Below are positions 26,319 through 36,205 of a stretch of DNA of 64,000 nucleotides, one piece after another. The stretch is taken from NCBI GenBank assembly GCA_041750655.1, contig JBGSYZ010000015.1, positions 7,119 through 71,118 on the forward strand, in the 5' to 3' direction. This stretch comes from Minisyncoccia bacterium. GTDB taxonomy: Bacteria > Patescibacteriota > Minisyncoccia > Phycocordibacterales > UBA918. The stretch's first letter is position 1; each line of letters opens with the position of its first letter. The position numbers and the translations under genes were made by a program. The notes under the pieces were generated by a model that had not been told where the DNA came from, made no database searches, and saw only the letters and a list, made by a program, of their open reading frames with translations.

Positions 26319-27440
26319 ATGACCATAAATACTATCGGTGCGCTACCGCGCCAGAGCTTGTTGCAATTTATGAGGTCTGGCTTCATCCTCGATGCAGCCG
26401 AAGAGTGTGCTTCACCAGCTTCACTCGACTTACGTCTGTCAAATGAAATGTATCGAGTACATTCAGTCGCTTTGCCCAACAGCCAAGAACGGGTGGCTGA
26501 TCTGCTTCGCTATATGGAGGCCGAACGACACGACATTAATCATCCGCTTCGTAAAGGTGAGCATTATTTGATACGCCTTCAAGAATCGCTTAAGTTACCT
26601 CGCGAATACTATGGGTTTTGCAACCCGAAATCATCAACTGGTCGCTTGGACGTGCATGTGCGTGTATTGGCTGATTTTATGCCTCGGTATGATTCAGTTT
26701 CGTCCGGTTACTCTGGGCCGCTGTGGCTCTATGTCACTCCTCGGACTTTCGGTATTAAAGTACGGGAAGGCGATACGCTGGCTCAGTTGCGACTTTTTAA
26801 TGGTGACACACGTTTGTCTCGCCACGACATGATCGGAGCCTATGCTGAGCATCAGTTTGCATGGACTTTGCAAGGTAAAAAGTTACCGTATGAAAAATTA
26901 CGTAGCTTTGATCAGGATGGTGGTTTGATGTTGTCACTTTGGTTACCTAAAGATGGTGAGGTATTTGGGTATCGGTGTGTGGCATCACCAGACAACATTC
27001 TTGATTTGTCAGATCGTGATGTGGATCCTAGAAACTACTTCATTCCAGAAGTGGTAAGGGATGGTGCAGCCAGAGCGGTAAAAGGGCGCTTCTACATTCT
27101 CTCTTGTACCGAAGCCATTGTTATCCCACCAGGGTTTGCGGCGGAAATGCGGGCTATGGATGAACGCAGCGGAGAGTTTCGTTCCCATTACGCTGGTTTC
27201 CTTGATCCTGGTTGGGGTTGGGGTGCAGACGGTACCGGAAAGGGGAGGCCGTTTACCCTTGAGTTCCGTTCCTATGCGGAGACTGTCACTATACGTCGGG
27301 GCCAACCAGTGGCCATGATTAAGTTTGAACGGATGCTCGCAGAACCTGATGTGCAGTACGATGACCCCGCTAAGTTGTCGCATTACATCAAACAGTTTCG
27401 TCCACAGTTGGCCAAGCAGTTTGCGCCTTATCCGATATGA
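26319..27440 (+). CDS. dcd: 2'-deoxycytidine 5'-triphosphate deaminase, long (double-domain) form
   Basis: ASLDLRLS matches the dCTP deaminase/dUTPase-fold signature (ASYDLRLG in E. coli Dcd); duplicated half-domains; about 370 aa as in the long DCD family. Confidence 0.55.
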   Translation: MTINTIGALPRQSLLQFMRSGFILDAAEECASPASLDLRLSNEMYRVHSVALPNSQERVADLLRYMEAERHDINHPLRKGEHYLIRLQESLKLPREYYGFCNPKSSTGRLDVHVRVLADFMPRYDSVSSGYSGPLWLYVTPRTFGIKVREGDTLAQLRLFNGDTRLSRHDMIGAYAEHQFAWTLQGKKLPYEKLRSFDQDGGLMLSLWLPKDGEVFGYRCVASPDNILDLSDRDVDPRNYFIPEVVRDGAARAVKGRFYILSCTEAIVIPPGFAAEMRAMDERSGEFRSHYAGFLDPGWGWGADGTGKGRPFTLEFRSYAETVTIRRGQPVAMIKFERMLAEPDVQYDDPAKLSHYIKQFRPQLAKQFAPYPI

Positions 27441-27452
27441 GTTCAAAAGAAA

Positions 27453-27490
27453 AAGGCCGGCGCTCCCGTAGGGGGCGCCGGCCAAATTAT
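27453..27490. terminator. bidirectional terminator between dcd and the thyX-like gene
   Basis: aaaaggccggcgctcc-cgta-gggggcgccggcc. Confidence 0.75.
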
Positions 27491-27492
27491 TT

Positions 27493-28905
27493 TTACGTAA
27501 CCACAATATCTTGTGTGCCACGTTTAAGATCAAAGCGATCAGGGCCAATGTCGGCGTAGAGTGGTATCAGCTCTCCAAAAGTCTCTTTGATATATTCTAC
27601 TACTCCATGAGCGACCATACGGACTGTTGGGTGCACGGTTGTGCCAGCCCGCAATTCAGCAATATAAACCCAGGTCGGCAAGTCACCACGGAAGTCGCAG
27701 CTCACCTGATAGCCCATCGGTATAAAATACTGCCGATTAGCAATGCTTATCTCCAACGAATCTAGGTCACTAGAAAGTTCAGTCAAATATTTTCCGACCT
27801 TGTTGGCGAACTGCTTTGGTAACTCGGAAAGATACCAAGGATGGAAGCCGATTTCTTCGGTCAATAGTGGCACCCGTTGGGTAACACTACGCTGACGTTG
27901 GATGTCTCGGTACCCCCCGTAGTCGATAGGGAACAAAAATCGCAGTGTACCTAGAACCCCAAGCTCTTTCGGAAGCTCGGTATACTGAGGTCTTTTTGCA
28001 AAAACTTCCGAGTATTTCTGAACTTCTTCGATATCAATCTCGTTACCAGTACAGACAAGCTCAGACACACTAGCATCATGGAAGTAGTGAAACTCCCGTA
28101 CCACTCCGGCCAAATACGCTTCGGTTGCCCAGTAGCGTTTTGGTTGCGGGTGATTACCGGCTACACCCAGCGACCGATTCTTACTAAAGGTCCGTTCGTG
28201 ACGAATCATCAGCAAAGTCTCGAGAGTCTCGCCGATGTTACGTACTTCGGCCAACGGGTGGTTACGAAGTTGCAATAGCCGATCATCGAATACTCGGAGC
28301 TCACCATGCCAGGCGACATTGGTGCTACAACCAGCTGGCAAAAACCCGCGAGCGACATCAAACGCTCTGGCATTAACGGTTTTTTCGTAGACAGCTTCCG
28401 ACTCGCCCTTTTTGGCAAATTTTTTGTACGGAAACCGACGCTTCATATCTTCTTTGAGCACCTTGAGCGCTTCAAGATAGAAAGCTCGCTGACGTTCCAA
28501 AATTTCATGTGAAGCACCAGTTTGCACTGGGTCAATGAACGGCTGGTTGGTAAAGTCGATATAGCGCGTAGAGCATTCTTGCCCATTGTAGAGGGCAAAT
28601 TGCTGCAGGGCCTTAGCGGCTAGCATCGAGACCCGTTCGAAGAGAACAGTGATTGAACCATTATCAGCCACCGATTTGTGGCCATAACCAACATAAGTTT
28701 GCTGCATAAATGGTCCCGGTCCTTTACTGACAAGAATATCCAATAGTTCATCGATGACCGAAGGATTGCGCGAGAACATAGCCTGGGTCATGGCCTCTTC
28801 TTCCGGGCCGATGAGGGTACCGGTGTTCATGAGAAGGATTTTGCCGCCGCTATGCAGGCCGAGTTCGGCATGTACCAGATCGGCTAGATTTTGTGGTTGA
28901 GCCAT
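27493..28905 (-). CDS. tandem-domain ThyX-like protein (putative FAD-dependent thymidylate synthase)
   Basis: Two ThyX-like RHR/serine motifs (RHERTFSKNRS and IQRQRSVTQR) in a 470-aa protein, flanked by dcd, tmk and dut. Confidence 0.4.
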   Translation of the reverse strand: MAQPQNLADLVHAELGLHSGGKILLMNTGTLIGPEEEAMTQAMFSRNPSVIDELLDILVSKGPGPFMQQTYVGYGHKSVADNGSITVLFERVSMLAAKALQQFALYNGQECSTRYIDFTNQPFIDPVQTGASHEILERQRAFYLEALKVLKEDMKRRFPYKKFAKKGESEAVYEKTVNARAFDVARGFLPAGCSTNVAWHGELRVFDDRLLQLRNHPLAEVRNIGETLETLLMIRHERTFSKNRSLGVAGNHPQPKRYWATEAYLAGVVREFHYFHDASVSELVCTGNEIDIEEVQKYSEVFAKRPQYTELPKELGVLGTLRFLFPIDYGGYRDIQRQRSVTQRVPLLTEEIGFHPWYLSELPKQFANKVGKYLTELSSDLDSLEISIANRQYFIPMGYQVSCDFRGDLPTWVYIAELRAGTTVHPTVRMVAHGVVEYIKETFGELIPLYADIGPDRFDLKRGTQDIVVT

Positions 28906-29102
28906 TGTGGTCTCCTGTCTATATTTCTAGGATCATTCCTGCTGCGAGTATAACAATCTACAATCTGTAAAGACATTGACCTTTGTTTTAATATGTTATC
29001 TGTTTGTACATGCTGAGCCATTCTTTTTATGAGTAGGGAAGTACTATTTATCCGATAGAAGTGATTTACTTACTGTAGACATGAAATAGAGGAGGACACA
29101 CT

Positions 29103-29717
29103 GTGTTCATCACATTCGAAGGAATTGGTGGGTGCGGAAAATCCACCCAAAGTAAAAAAGTTGTTGAGTATCTTCGTAAGATTGGGCATGAAGTTTTTCA
29201 TACTCGTGAGCCTGGTGGTTCGCCCGGTGCTGAAGAAATTCGCCGGTTAATTCTTGAGGGAGATGGAAATAGGTGGTCAGCTGAAACCGAAATTTTACTT
29301 TTCAACGCTGCGCGTCGTGATCATTTGGAACGGTTAGTTTGGCCAGCTCAAAAGTCTGGTAAAATAGTTATTTCTGATCGTTTTGTTGATTCCACTCGAG
29401 TATATCAGGGAGTGGCCCGGGCTGACTTGCGAGGTTTGGTAGATGAGCTTCATACCTTGGTTATAAACTACGAAGCTGATTTAACACTCGTCATAGACAT
29501 CGATGTAAAAACTGCGATGGAACGTATGAGTTTGCGTTCTGGGGAGCAAGATCGCTTTGATGAAATGGGAATGAAATTTCAACAAGATCTTCGTGATGGT
29601 TACTTGAGTTTGGGAAAAGAATTTCCCGAACGATGCATTATTGTTGATGGGTTGGGTCCACAAGATGAAGTTTTTTCAAGAGTTAAAGCAGTCGTTATGA
29701 AACGACTGGGTACATAA
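29103..29717 (+). CDS. tmk: thymidylate kinase
   Basis: P-loop FITFEGIGGCGKST; DRF/LID region; GTG start with a GAGGAGG RBS. Confidence 0.9.
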   Translation: MFITFEGIGGCGKSTQSKKVVEYLRKIGHEVFHTREPGGSPGAEEIRRLILEGDGNRWSAETEILLFNAARRDHLERLVWPAQKSGKIVISDRFVDSTRVYQGVARADLRGLVDELHTLVINYEADLTLVIDIDVKTAMERMSLRSGEQDRFDEMGMKFQQDLRDGYLSLGKEFPERCIIVDGLGPQDEVFSRVKAVVMKRLGT

Positions 29718-29719
29718 TA

Positions 29720-29758
29720 ATAGCCGGCGCCCGCAGGGCGCCGGCTAAAATCTTTTTT
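29720..29758 (+). terminator. terminator after tmk
   Basis: tagccggcgcc-cgca-gggcgccggcta followed by T6. Confidence 0.8.
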
Positions 29759-29875
29759 GCTATACCTCACCCTTACTTTAAGTCTATTTTTAAGTCGTGG
29801 TCAGTTTTATTTTATGTTTCAAATTTTTATAGGTGATATTTTTGTTTTTATTACAAATAGTCAATAATGACTGAC

Positions 29876-29904
29876 TTAAAGTTAGGGTCGAGGTATACTA
29901 CCCA
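29876..29904 (+). promoter_or_regulatory. promoter-like conserved motif upstream of dut
   Basis: ctgact-N17-tatact with spacer taaagttagggtcgagg; 22 of 26 nt identical to the motif at 36862-36888. Confidence 0.4.
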
Positions 29905-29906
29905 GC

Positions 29907-30329
29907 ATGCAAATGCGGTTTAAGAAATTACATCCTGAGGCCAAAGCACCGACCTTCGCTCATGCCACTGATGCCGGGATGGATTTATATACAATTGAAG
30001 ACTTTACTATTGAGCCAGGTGCGCACTACAATGCGCTGACGGGCATATCTCTGTTACTACCGGATGGGTATGCGGGGTTGATTTGGGACAAGGGTGGTAT
30101 TGGTATGCAACGACACATTAAGACTATCGGTGGTGTTTTTGATACTGGATACCAAGGAGATTACACTATTGGACTTGTAAACGTTGGGCATGAACCTCAG
30201 ACTTTTAAAAAAGGTGACAAAATTGCTCAAATACTGATTCAAAAAGTGGAGCATCCCGAGCTTATTGAAGTGGAGGAATTTGAACAAACCGCTCGTGGTG
30301 ATGGTCGATTTGGGAGTACTGGCAAGTAA
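29907..30329 (+). CDS. dut: dUTP diphosphatase
   Basis: dUTPase motifs (AGMDLY, GLIWDKGGIG, RGDGRFGSTG). Confidence 0.9.
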   Translation: MQMRFKKLHPEAKAPTFAHATDAGMDLYTIEDFTIEPGAHYNALTGISLLLPDGYAGLIWDKGGIGMQRHIKTIGGVFDTGYQGDYTIGLVNVGHEPQTFKKGDKIAQILIQKVEHPELIEVEEFEQTARGDGRFGSTGK

Positions 30330-30439
30330 AGATCTCAAACTTTGGATTAGCTTGCGTAGTTAAAAATTGATGATATTGTATTTAGTGACGTAGGCTGGAA
30401 CCCTGTGTCAAAATTCACTGTCCCTCGTTCCGCAACTTA

Positions 30440-30468
30440 AGCCGGGCGCCCTGCGCCCGGCTTTTTTC
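30440..30468 (+). terminator. terminator after dut
   Basis: aagccgggcgc-cctgc-gcccggctt followed by T6. Confidence 0.8.
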
Positions 30469-30497
30469 TTTTGCCAAACACGTTACAATGACGAGAC

Positions 30498-31598
30498 ATG
30501 TTCAATAATTTACTTATTAGGTTAGAAAATTCAAAATCATATCGTAAGTTCAAACATCATTGGCTAACGATTGCTTTTATTTTAGGATTTGTTTTAGACA
30601 ATCTGACACTCAATAGTGTTGAGCAAGTGTTTGATAATTCTATTTTGGCAATGTACATATTTCTGTCTATGGCCAGTATGTTATTACTCTATGCCGGTAG
30701 CGCACAGAAGTTAAACGATCGCAACAGTGAGTTGGCCCGTACCTATGCCCCTTTGTTTATTCAGTACGCCTTTGGAGGTCTGCTCTCCGGGATGCTTATC
30801 TTCTATGGCCGTAGTGGGGACTGGGGTCAAAGTTGGCCGTTTCTACTATTAATACTGTCAGTGATTTATGGGAACGAGACTATCCGCAATCGCTCGGCTC
30901 GATTGGTCTTCAATCTCTCGGTCTTCTTCATCGGCCTATTTTCATACACTGTTCTTATCATACCTGTGATTACTGGCTTGATGAACGTATGGGTTTTTCT
31001 CGGTAGTGGTTTGATTGCGATATGTATAATGTATTTTTTTGTACAAGCGTTGTTCAAGGTGGTACCGAATTTTATCACCTTACACCTTAGAGCCATTATT
31101 TTTACCATCGGTGCTATCTATGTGACTTTTAATACGTTATATTTCACCAATATCATTCCACCCATTCCCTTGTCACTTAAAGACGTAGGTATATTTCACT
31201 CGGTAGTGCGGTTTGAAAATGGTGACTACCAGCTTAAGTACGAGAAAGGAAAGTGGTGGCAACCATTTAAAAATTCTGATAGCACGTTCCATGCGGCCCC
31301 AGGCGACAATATGTATTGTTTTGCTAAAGTGTTTGCTCCAACCAAATTATCGATAGACATTTATCATCGCTGGGAATATAAAGATGCTAATGGTAAATGG
31401 GTAGAACACTTCCGCACCTCGTATCCTATTTCAGGAGGAAGTGACGGTGGCTATAGAGGGTACACACTTGTAAAAAGTTTTAATTCAGGTGAGTGGCGGT
31501 GCAGTGTGGAAACCGAACGTGGACAGGTGTTGGGCCGTGAGACATTTACCGTGGAGAAGGGAGTTACTCCGGGAGAGTTAGTGACTCGGGTGGAATAG
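30498..31598 (+). CDS. hypothetical polytopic membrane protein with C-terminal soluble domain
   Basis: About 6 TM helices, then a Trp/Tyr-rich soluble domain (YQLKYEKGKWWQPF...GEWRCSVE). Confidence 0.5.
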   Translation: MFNNLLIRLENSKSYRKFKHHWLTIAFILGFVLDNLTLNSVEQVFDNSILAMYIFLSMASMLLLYAGSAQKLNDRNSELARTYAPLFIQYAFGGLLSGMLIFYGRSGDWGQSWPFLLLILSVIYGNETIRNRSARLVFNLSVFFIGLFSYTVLIIPVITGLMNVWVFLGSGLIAICIMYFFVQALFKVVPNFITLHLRAIIFTIGAIYVTFNTLYFTNIIPPIPLSLKDVGIFHSVVRFENGDYQLKYEKGKWWQPFKNSDSTFHAAPGDNMYCFAKVFAPTKLSIDIYHRWEYKDANGKWVEHFRTSYPISGGSDGGYRGYTLVKSFNSGEWRCSVETERGQVLGRETFTVEKGVTPGELVTRVE

Positions 31599-31657
31599 TT
31601 TGTCCTTCTCTGCCTCTTGCCGTCATTGTCTTAAAGGCGTATTGTGCAAATTAGGAG

Positions 31658-31864
31658 GTGTATCACATGTGGGTTTTTCATCCTGAGCTATTAGTGGCTG
31701 GCATTGCCATCCAGGCTAAGCTGGCTGCGGATTTCTCCCAAATGTGGGTTGAGGTTCTTTCCCCACCGGAAAGAGGTTTGGTTGTACCATACCAACCTCG
31801 AGTCAGAGTTACTCATCACCATGAAAAGCCAGCCCCAGTTTTGCAGTTGGCTGACCACCGTTAG
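31658..31864 (+). CDS. hypothetical small protein
   Basis: AGGAGG RBS; terminator ggtcccg...cgggacc at 31874-31904. Confidence 0.3.
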   Translation: MYHMWVFHPELLVAGIAIQAKLAADFSQMWVEVLSPPERGLVVPYQPRVRVTHHHEKPAPVLQLADHR

Positions 31865-32008
31865 ATACTTCTGGTCCCGATTAAACCCGGGACCGAATTT
31901 TTTGTCTAAATAACTTATCTTGCCAAGAAAAACTTTTTACCGTAAGGTGTGTCGTTAGACGTTGCAGAGCAACAATAAACAAAACTTTTCAGGCCAAGGG
32001 AGACACAA

Positions 32009-32380
32009 ATGGCAAATGGAAAAGGACGTCATCGATCACGACTCCATGTTCGCTTTGGCGAGCGCGGTGTCAAGAAACTTTGCGTGAGCGTACCATTCAC
32101 TGATGAGTGTAAGGCGGAAGTGGTGGGTTTGATCGAGGCCTATCTCGAACGGACCAAACCACAGCCCGGGCGCAAACGATTGGCCAACCCAGATTCACAC
32201 TCGACAAGCGTTAAGTTCCTGCTGGGACAGGGCGGACAAGATTTGGGCATTCAGTCTGTGACGGTTTCACTGGCTGATTTGAGGACTGGCCGTACACAAA
32301 AGCTGTTTAGCCGTCTTGATGAAGCTCGCAACGCAGCGATTGCTAAGCTCGACCCACCGCAATCCATGGCTGCTGAATGA
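32009..32380 (+). CDS. hypothetical basic protein (GC-rich, about 57% GC)
   Basis: ORF with an AAGGGAG RBS and its own terminator (ccagggaattttccctgg, 32480-32515); composition unlike its neighbours. Confidence 0.4.
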   Translation: MANGKGRHRSRLHVRFGERGVKKLCVSVPFTDECKAEVVGLIEAYLERTKPQPGRKRLANPDSHSTSVKFLLGQGGQDLGIQSVTVSLADLRTGRTQKLFSRLDEARNAAIAKLDPPQSMAAE

Positions 32381-32598
32381 GCGTGATGTGGTGGTTGCCA
32401 CCACTCTTGGATGTCAGTTGGGCATTGTTTTGCCAGCTGATGGCTGGTGATCCACCGTATTGGGGTGGCGGTAGGTTCTTTCAATGGCCAGGGAATTTTC
32501 CCTGGCCATTTCGCTTTTCTATTTTATAAATCGTGATACGATGCTTACGCAGTCTGATACGCTGCTTAATAAGTAATGTCTGATATACATTCACATAT

Positions 32599-35500
32599 AT
32601 GAATACTAAAAAGCAAGGTGAATCGCATAGCGAGAGAAGGTACCCTGGGGTAAATGGTCGTGGAAACGACTCGGTGGAAGTGGTTGAAACAAACCAAAAA
32701 AGTGATGTTGCACTGCGTGAAGAAGCCATACTAGCTTTTTGGCAGGAACACGACATATTTAAAAAGAGTGTAGACACTCCAGCTGGTGAAAAACCGGTCG
32801 GAGATTTTGTTTTTTATGATGGTCCACCGTTCGCTACTGGTTTACCGCACTACGGGCATATTTTGGCTAGTACTATCAAAGACGCTATCCCGCGGTTTTG
32901 GACAATGAATGGGTATCATGTGCGCAGGCAGTGGGGATGGGACTGTCACGGCTTGCCACTGGAGAATTTGATTGAGAAAAAATTAGGCTTAGCTACCAAA
33001 CGAGACATTGAAGAGTACGGAGTGAAGAATTTTAACGAAGCAGCCCGCGGAGCAGTGATGGAATATGCCGATGAATGGGCGCGAATAATTCCCCGCATGG
33101 GTCGCTGGGCCGACATGGAAAACGACTACAAAACCATGGATAGTTCCTACACAGAAAGTGTGTGGTGGGTGTTTTCGGAACTTAATAAAAAAGGAAAAGT
33201 GTTTGAAGGCTTTAAGTCGATGCACTTATGTCCGCGTTGTGGCACTACTTTATCTAACTTTGAGGTGAATCTGGGTTACAAAGACATAAAGGATATTTCA
33301 GTATACGTTAAGCTACCACTGATTGATGAACCAGATACGTCACTATTGGTGTGGACGACTACACCATGGACGCTACCGGGCAATATGGCGGCGGCGGTAC
33401 ATAATGAGTTTGATTATGTACAAGTTCGAGTTACTACAGATGACGGAGAAGAAAATTTGATTTTGGCTAAAGGTCGCCTCGCTGCGCTCGGCGACCTACC
33501 GTACGAAATAGTGGAAGAAATGAAAGGGGCTGACTTAGTGGGTAAACGCTATGTGCCACCGTTTGATTATTGGAGTAAGCAAGACTTTGAGGGCAAGGAG
33601 AACGCTTGGCAGATTTTTCATGCTGAGTATGTCGAGCTTGGCGAAGAAGGTACCGGTGCGGTGCACCTCGCGCCGGCCTACGGAGCGGATGATATGGAAC
33701 TGGCCAAGGAACATGGTCTACCCTTGGTGCATCACGTCGATGAGAACGGACACTTCAAGGAGTTCGTGACTGATTTCGCCGGGCAACTGGTGAAGCCCAA
33801 AGACGATGATGACTCGGGGGTAACCCACCTCGATGCTGACATTGAAATTGTGAAAGCACTGAAAGAGAGTGGCCGACTATTTAAAAAAGAAAACATCACG
33901 CACAGCTACCCACACTGTTGGCGATGTGATACACCGCTTCTTAACTACGCGACGACGTCGTGGTTTGTTGATGTACCTTCCATAAAAGACGAATTAGTCA
34001 CAGAAAACGAAAAGGTACAGTGGGTGCCAGAACATGTCGGGACGAATCGTTTTGGTAAGTGGCTTGATGGTGCTCGGGATTGGGCGGTCAGTCGCCAGCG
34101 CTACTGGGGCGCACCGCTACCGATTTGGCGTAACCCAGAAACTAAGGAATACCATGTCTTTGGTTCCCTTAAAGAAATTCAAGAATTTACTCCCAAGAGT
34201 GGCAATGAGTATTGGTTGATGCGGCACGGCGAAAGTGAAAGCAATATCAAAGGTATTATCAGTTCCAATAAAGACAATAAGGATGGCCTAACCGACAAAG
34301 GGAAGAAACAGGTTGAGAAGGCGGCTGCCATGCTACCTAAGGATATAGATATTGTTATTCACTCTGGTTTTGAGCGCACCCGCGAAACCGCCGAGCTCGT
34401 CGCGGCTGCCCTCGGCAACGCGGAAGTAATCGAAGATGATCGAGTGCGAGAGTTAGATTTGTCCGATGACTTCGAAGGAAAAAGTTGGGATGAGTACAAC
34501 GCACAGTTTGGTAGTTGGGAAGAGCGTTATACCAAGGAACTTGATGGTTCAGAAAATCGTCGTGATGTGCAAAAGCGTATGGGTTCTTTTTTGTCGACCG
34601 TTGAAGAAAAATATCAAAACAAGAAAGTACTTATTATTAGTCACGCCGGAACGCTATTTGCCTTAGAGTGTGCTGCCCAAGGTTTAAATCCGAAAGAAGC
34701 AGAAGTTCACTTTGCCAACGGCTCTCACTACCTGGATAATGCCCAAATTCGTACTTTAGACTTCACTCCTATTCCGCACAACGACAACTACGTGCTCGAC
34801 TACCACCGACCATACATCGATAATTTTGTAGTAGAAAAAGACGGAGTGCGTCTCGAGCGGGTGCCAGACGTATTTGATTGCTGGTTTGAGAGCGGTTCGA
34901 TGCCGTACGCGCAATATCATTATCCGTTTGAAAATGAAAAAGAGTTTGAGAAAAAATTATTTCCTGCCAACTTTATTGCTGAAGGACTCGATCAAACTCG
35001 CGGTTGGTTTTACTCACTCATAGTACTCGGTACAGCGTTGTTTGGAAAAAGTCCGTTTGAAAATGTGATTGTAAACGGCTTAGTAATGGCCGAAGATGGG
35101 AAGAAGATGAGTAAGTCACTACAGAACTACCCAGATCCGATGGATGTGGCTGATAGTGCTGGGGTAGATGCTATGCGATTTTATTTATTGTCTTCCTCAA
35201 TTGTCCGCGGTGAGGATTTAAATTTTTCTGAGAAAGGAGTGCTGGAATTACAGCGTAAAAATATTGGCCGATTACACAATGTGCTCACTATGTTTAAAGA
35301 ATATAGTATAGATGCAAAAACAGCATCCCACGCTGTTTCAGCGAGCGATAATTCTCCCCATGTCTTAGATACATGGATCATCGCTCGCCTCAATGAGCTC
35401 ATCGCCGAAACTACTGCTGGCTATCAAGCCTATGAACTTGATAAAGCAACGCGACCAATTACCGACTTCATTGACGACGTATCCGTCTGGTACTTACGAC

Positions 35501-36204
35501 GCAGTCGAGAAAGACTGAAAGGTGTCGGGAAGTCCGGGGGACTTTCCGACACAGAAGACAAAGAGCTAACTTTAGGTACGATGCGACATGTACTAAAAAA
35601 CTTAGCTCTGGTGATGGCCCCCGTCATGCCTTTCTATGCAGAGTATCTGTGGCAAGCGGTAAAAGAAGAAAAAGAAGCAGAGAGCGTACACTTAGGAGTT
35701 TGGCCAAAGGCAGGAGTGATTGACGATGAGCTCCTAGCTGAAATGAAGTTAACTCGAGAAGTCGTTTCACAAGCTTTGGAAGCCAGAGCTAAGTCTGGGT
35801 TGAAGGTACGACAACCACTTTCTGCACTAACCTCGCCAACTATGGTCGGTGATGATTTTGTAGACATTGTTAAAGATGAAGTAAACGTTAAAGCAGTCAT
35901 TTTTGATGAATCTGTCGAGAGTGTTGTTCTCAATGAAACAATTACCCCCGAGCTCCAGGCGGAAGGCGACACTCGTGAATTAATCCGAGCTATTCAAGAT
36001 ATGCGTAAACAGGCTGGGTTACAAACTGCAGATAGAATCAAGCTCACTATTCAGACTTCTGATGGTGGAGAGGCAATTGTAAAACTATTCCAAACAGACA
36101 TCCAAAAAACTGTTGGTGCGACGGAGGTGGTTTTCGGTGACGCACATGGTAGTGAAATCAAAGCGGGTGAGCATGAGTTTACTGTCGAGATAACTAAAGT
36201 GTAG
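32599..36204 (+). CDS. ileS: isoleucyl-tRNA synthetase (type 2) carrying an inserted histidine-phosphatase-like domain
   Basis: HIGH (PHYGHIL), GWDCHGLP, WAVSRQRYWGAPLPIW, WFESGSMPYAQ and KMSKS (KKMSKSL) motifs. An extra segment of about 190 aa (residues ~535-725) carries RHGESESN. The start codon is uncertain. Confidence 0.85.
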   Translation: MNTKKQGESHSERRYPGVNGRGNDSVEVVETNQKSDVALREEAILAFWQEHDIFKKSVDTPAGEKPVGDFVFYDGPPFATGLPHYGHILASTIKDAIPRFWTMNGYHVRRQWGWDCHGLPLENLIEKKLGLATKRDIEEYGVKNFNEAARGAVMEYADEWARIIPRMGRWADMENDYKTMDSSYTESVWWVFSELNKKGKVFEGFKSMHLCPRCGTTLSNFEVNLGYKDIKDISVYVKLPLIDEPDTSLLVWTTTPWTLPGNMAAAVHNEFDYVQVRVTTDDGEENLILAKGRLAALGDLPYEIVEEMKGADLVGKRYVPPFDYWSKQDFEGKENAWQIFHAEYVELGEEGTGAVHLAPAYGADDMELAKEHGLPLVHHVDENGHFKEFVTDFAGQLVKPKDDDDSGVTHLDADIEIVKALKESGRLFKKENITHSYPHCWRCDTPLLNYATTSWFVDVPSIKDELVTENEKVQWVPEHVGTNRFGKWLDGARDWAVSRQRYWGAPLPIWRNPETKEYHVFGSLKEIQEFTPKSGNEYWLMRHGESESNIKGIISSNKDNKDGLTDKGKKQVEKAAAMLPKDIDIVIHSGFERTRETAELVAAALGNAEVIEDDRVRELDLSDDFEGKSWDEYNAQFGSWEERYTKELDGSENRRDVQKRMGSFLSTVEEKYQNKKVLIISHAGTLFALECAAQGLNPKEAEVHFANGSHYLDNAQIRTLDFTPIPHNDNYVLDYHRPYIDNFVVEKDGVRLERVPDVFDCWFESGSMPYAQYHYPFENEKEFEKKLFPANFIAEGLDQTRGWFYSLIVLGTALFGKSPFENVIVNGLVMAEDGKKMSKSLQNYPDPMDVADSAGVDAMRFYLLSSSIVRGEDLNFSEKGVLELQRKNIGRLHNVLTMFKEYSIDAKTASHAVSASDNSPHVLDTWIIARLNELIAETTAGYQAYELDKATRPITDFIDDVSVWYLRRSRERLKGVGKSGGLSDTEDKELTLGTMRHVLKNLALVMAPVMPFYAEYLWQAVKEEKEAESVHLGVWPKAGVIDDELLAEMKLTREVVSQALEARAKSGLKVRQPLSALTSPTMVGDDFVDIVKDEVNVKAVIFDESVESVVLNETITPELQAEGDTRELIRAIQDMRKQAGLQTADRIKLTIQTSDGGEAIVKLFQTDIQKTVGATEVVFGDAHGSEIKAGEHEFTVEITKV

Positions 36205-36205
36205 T

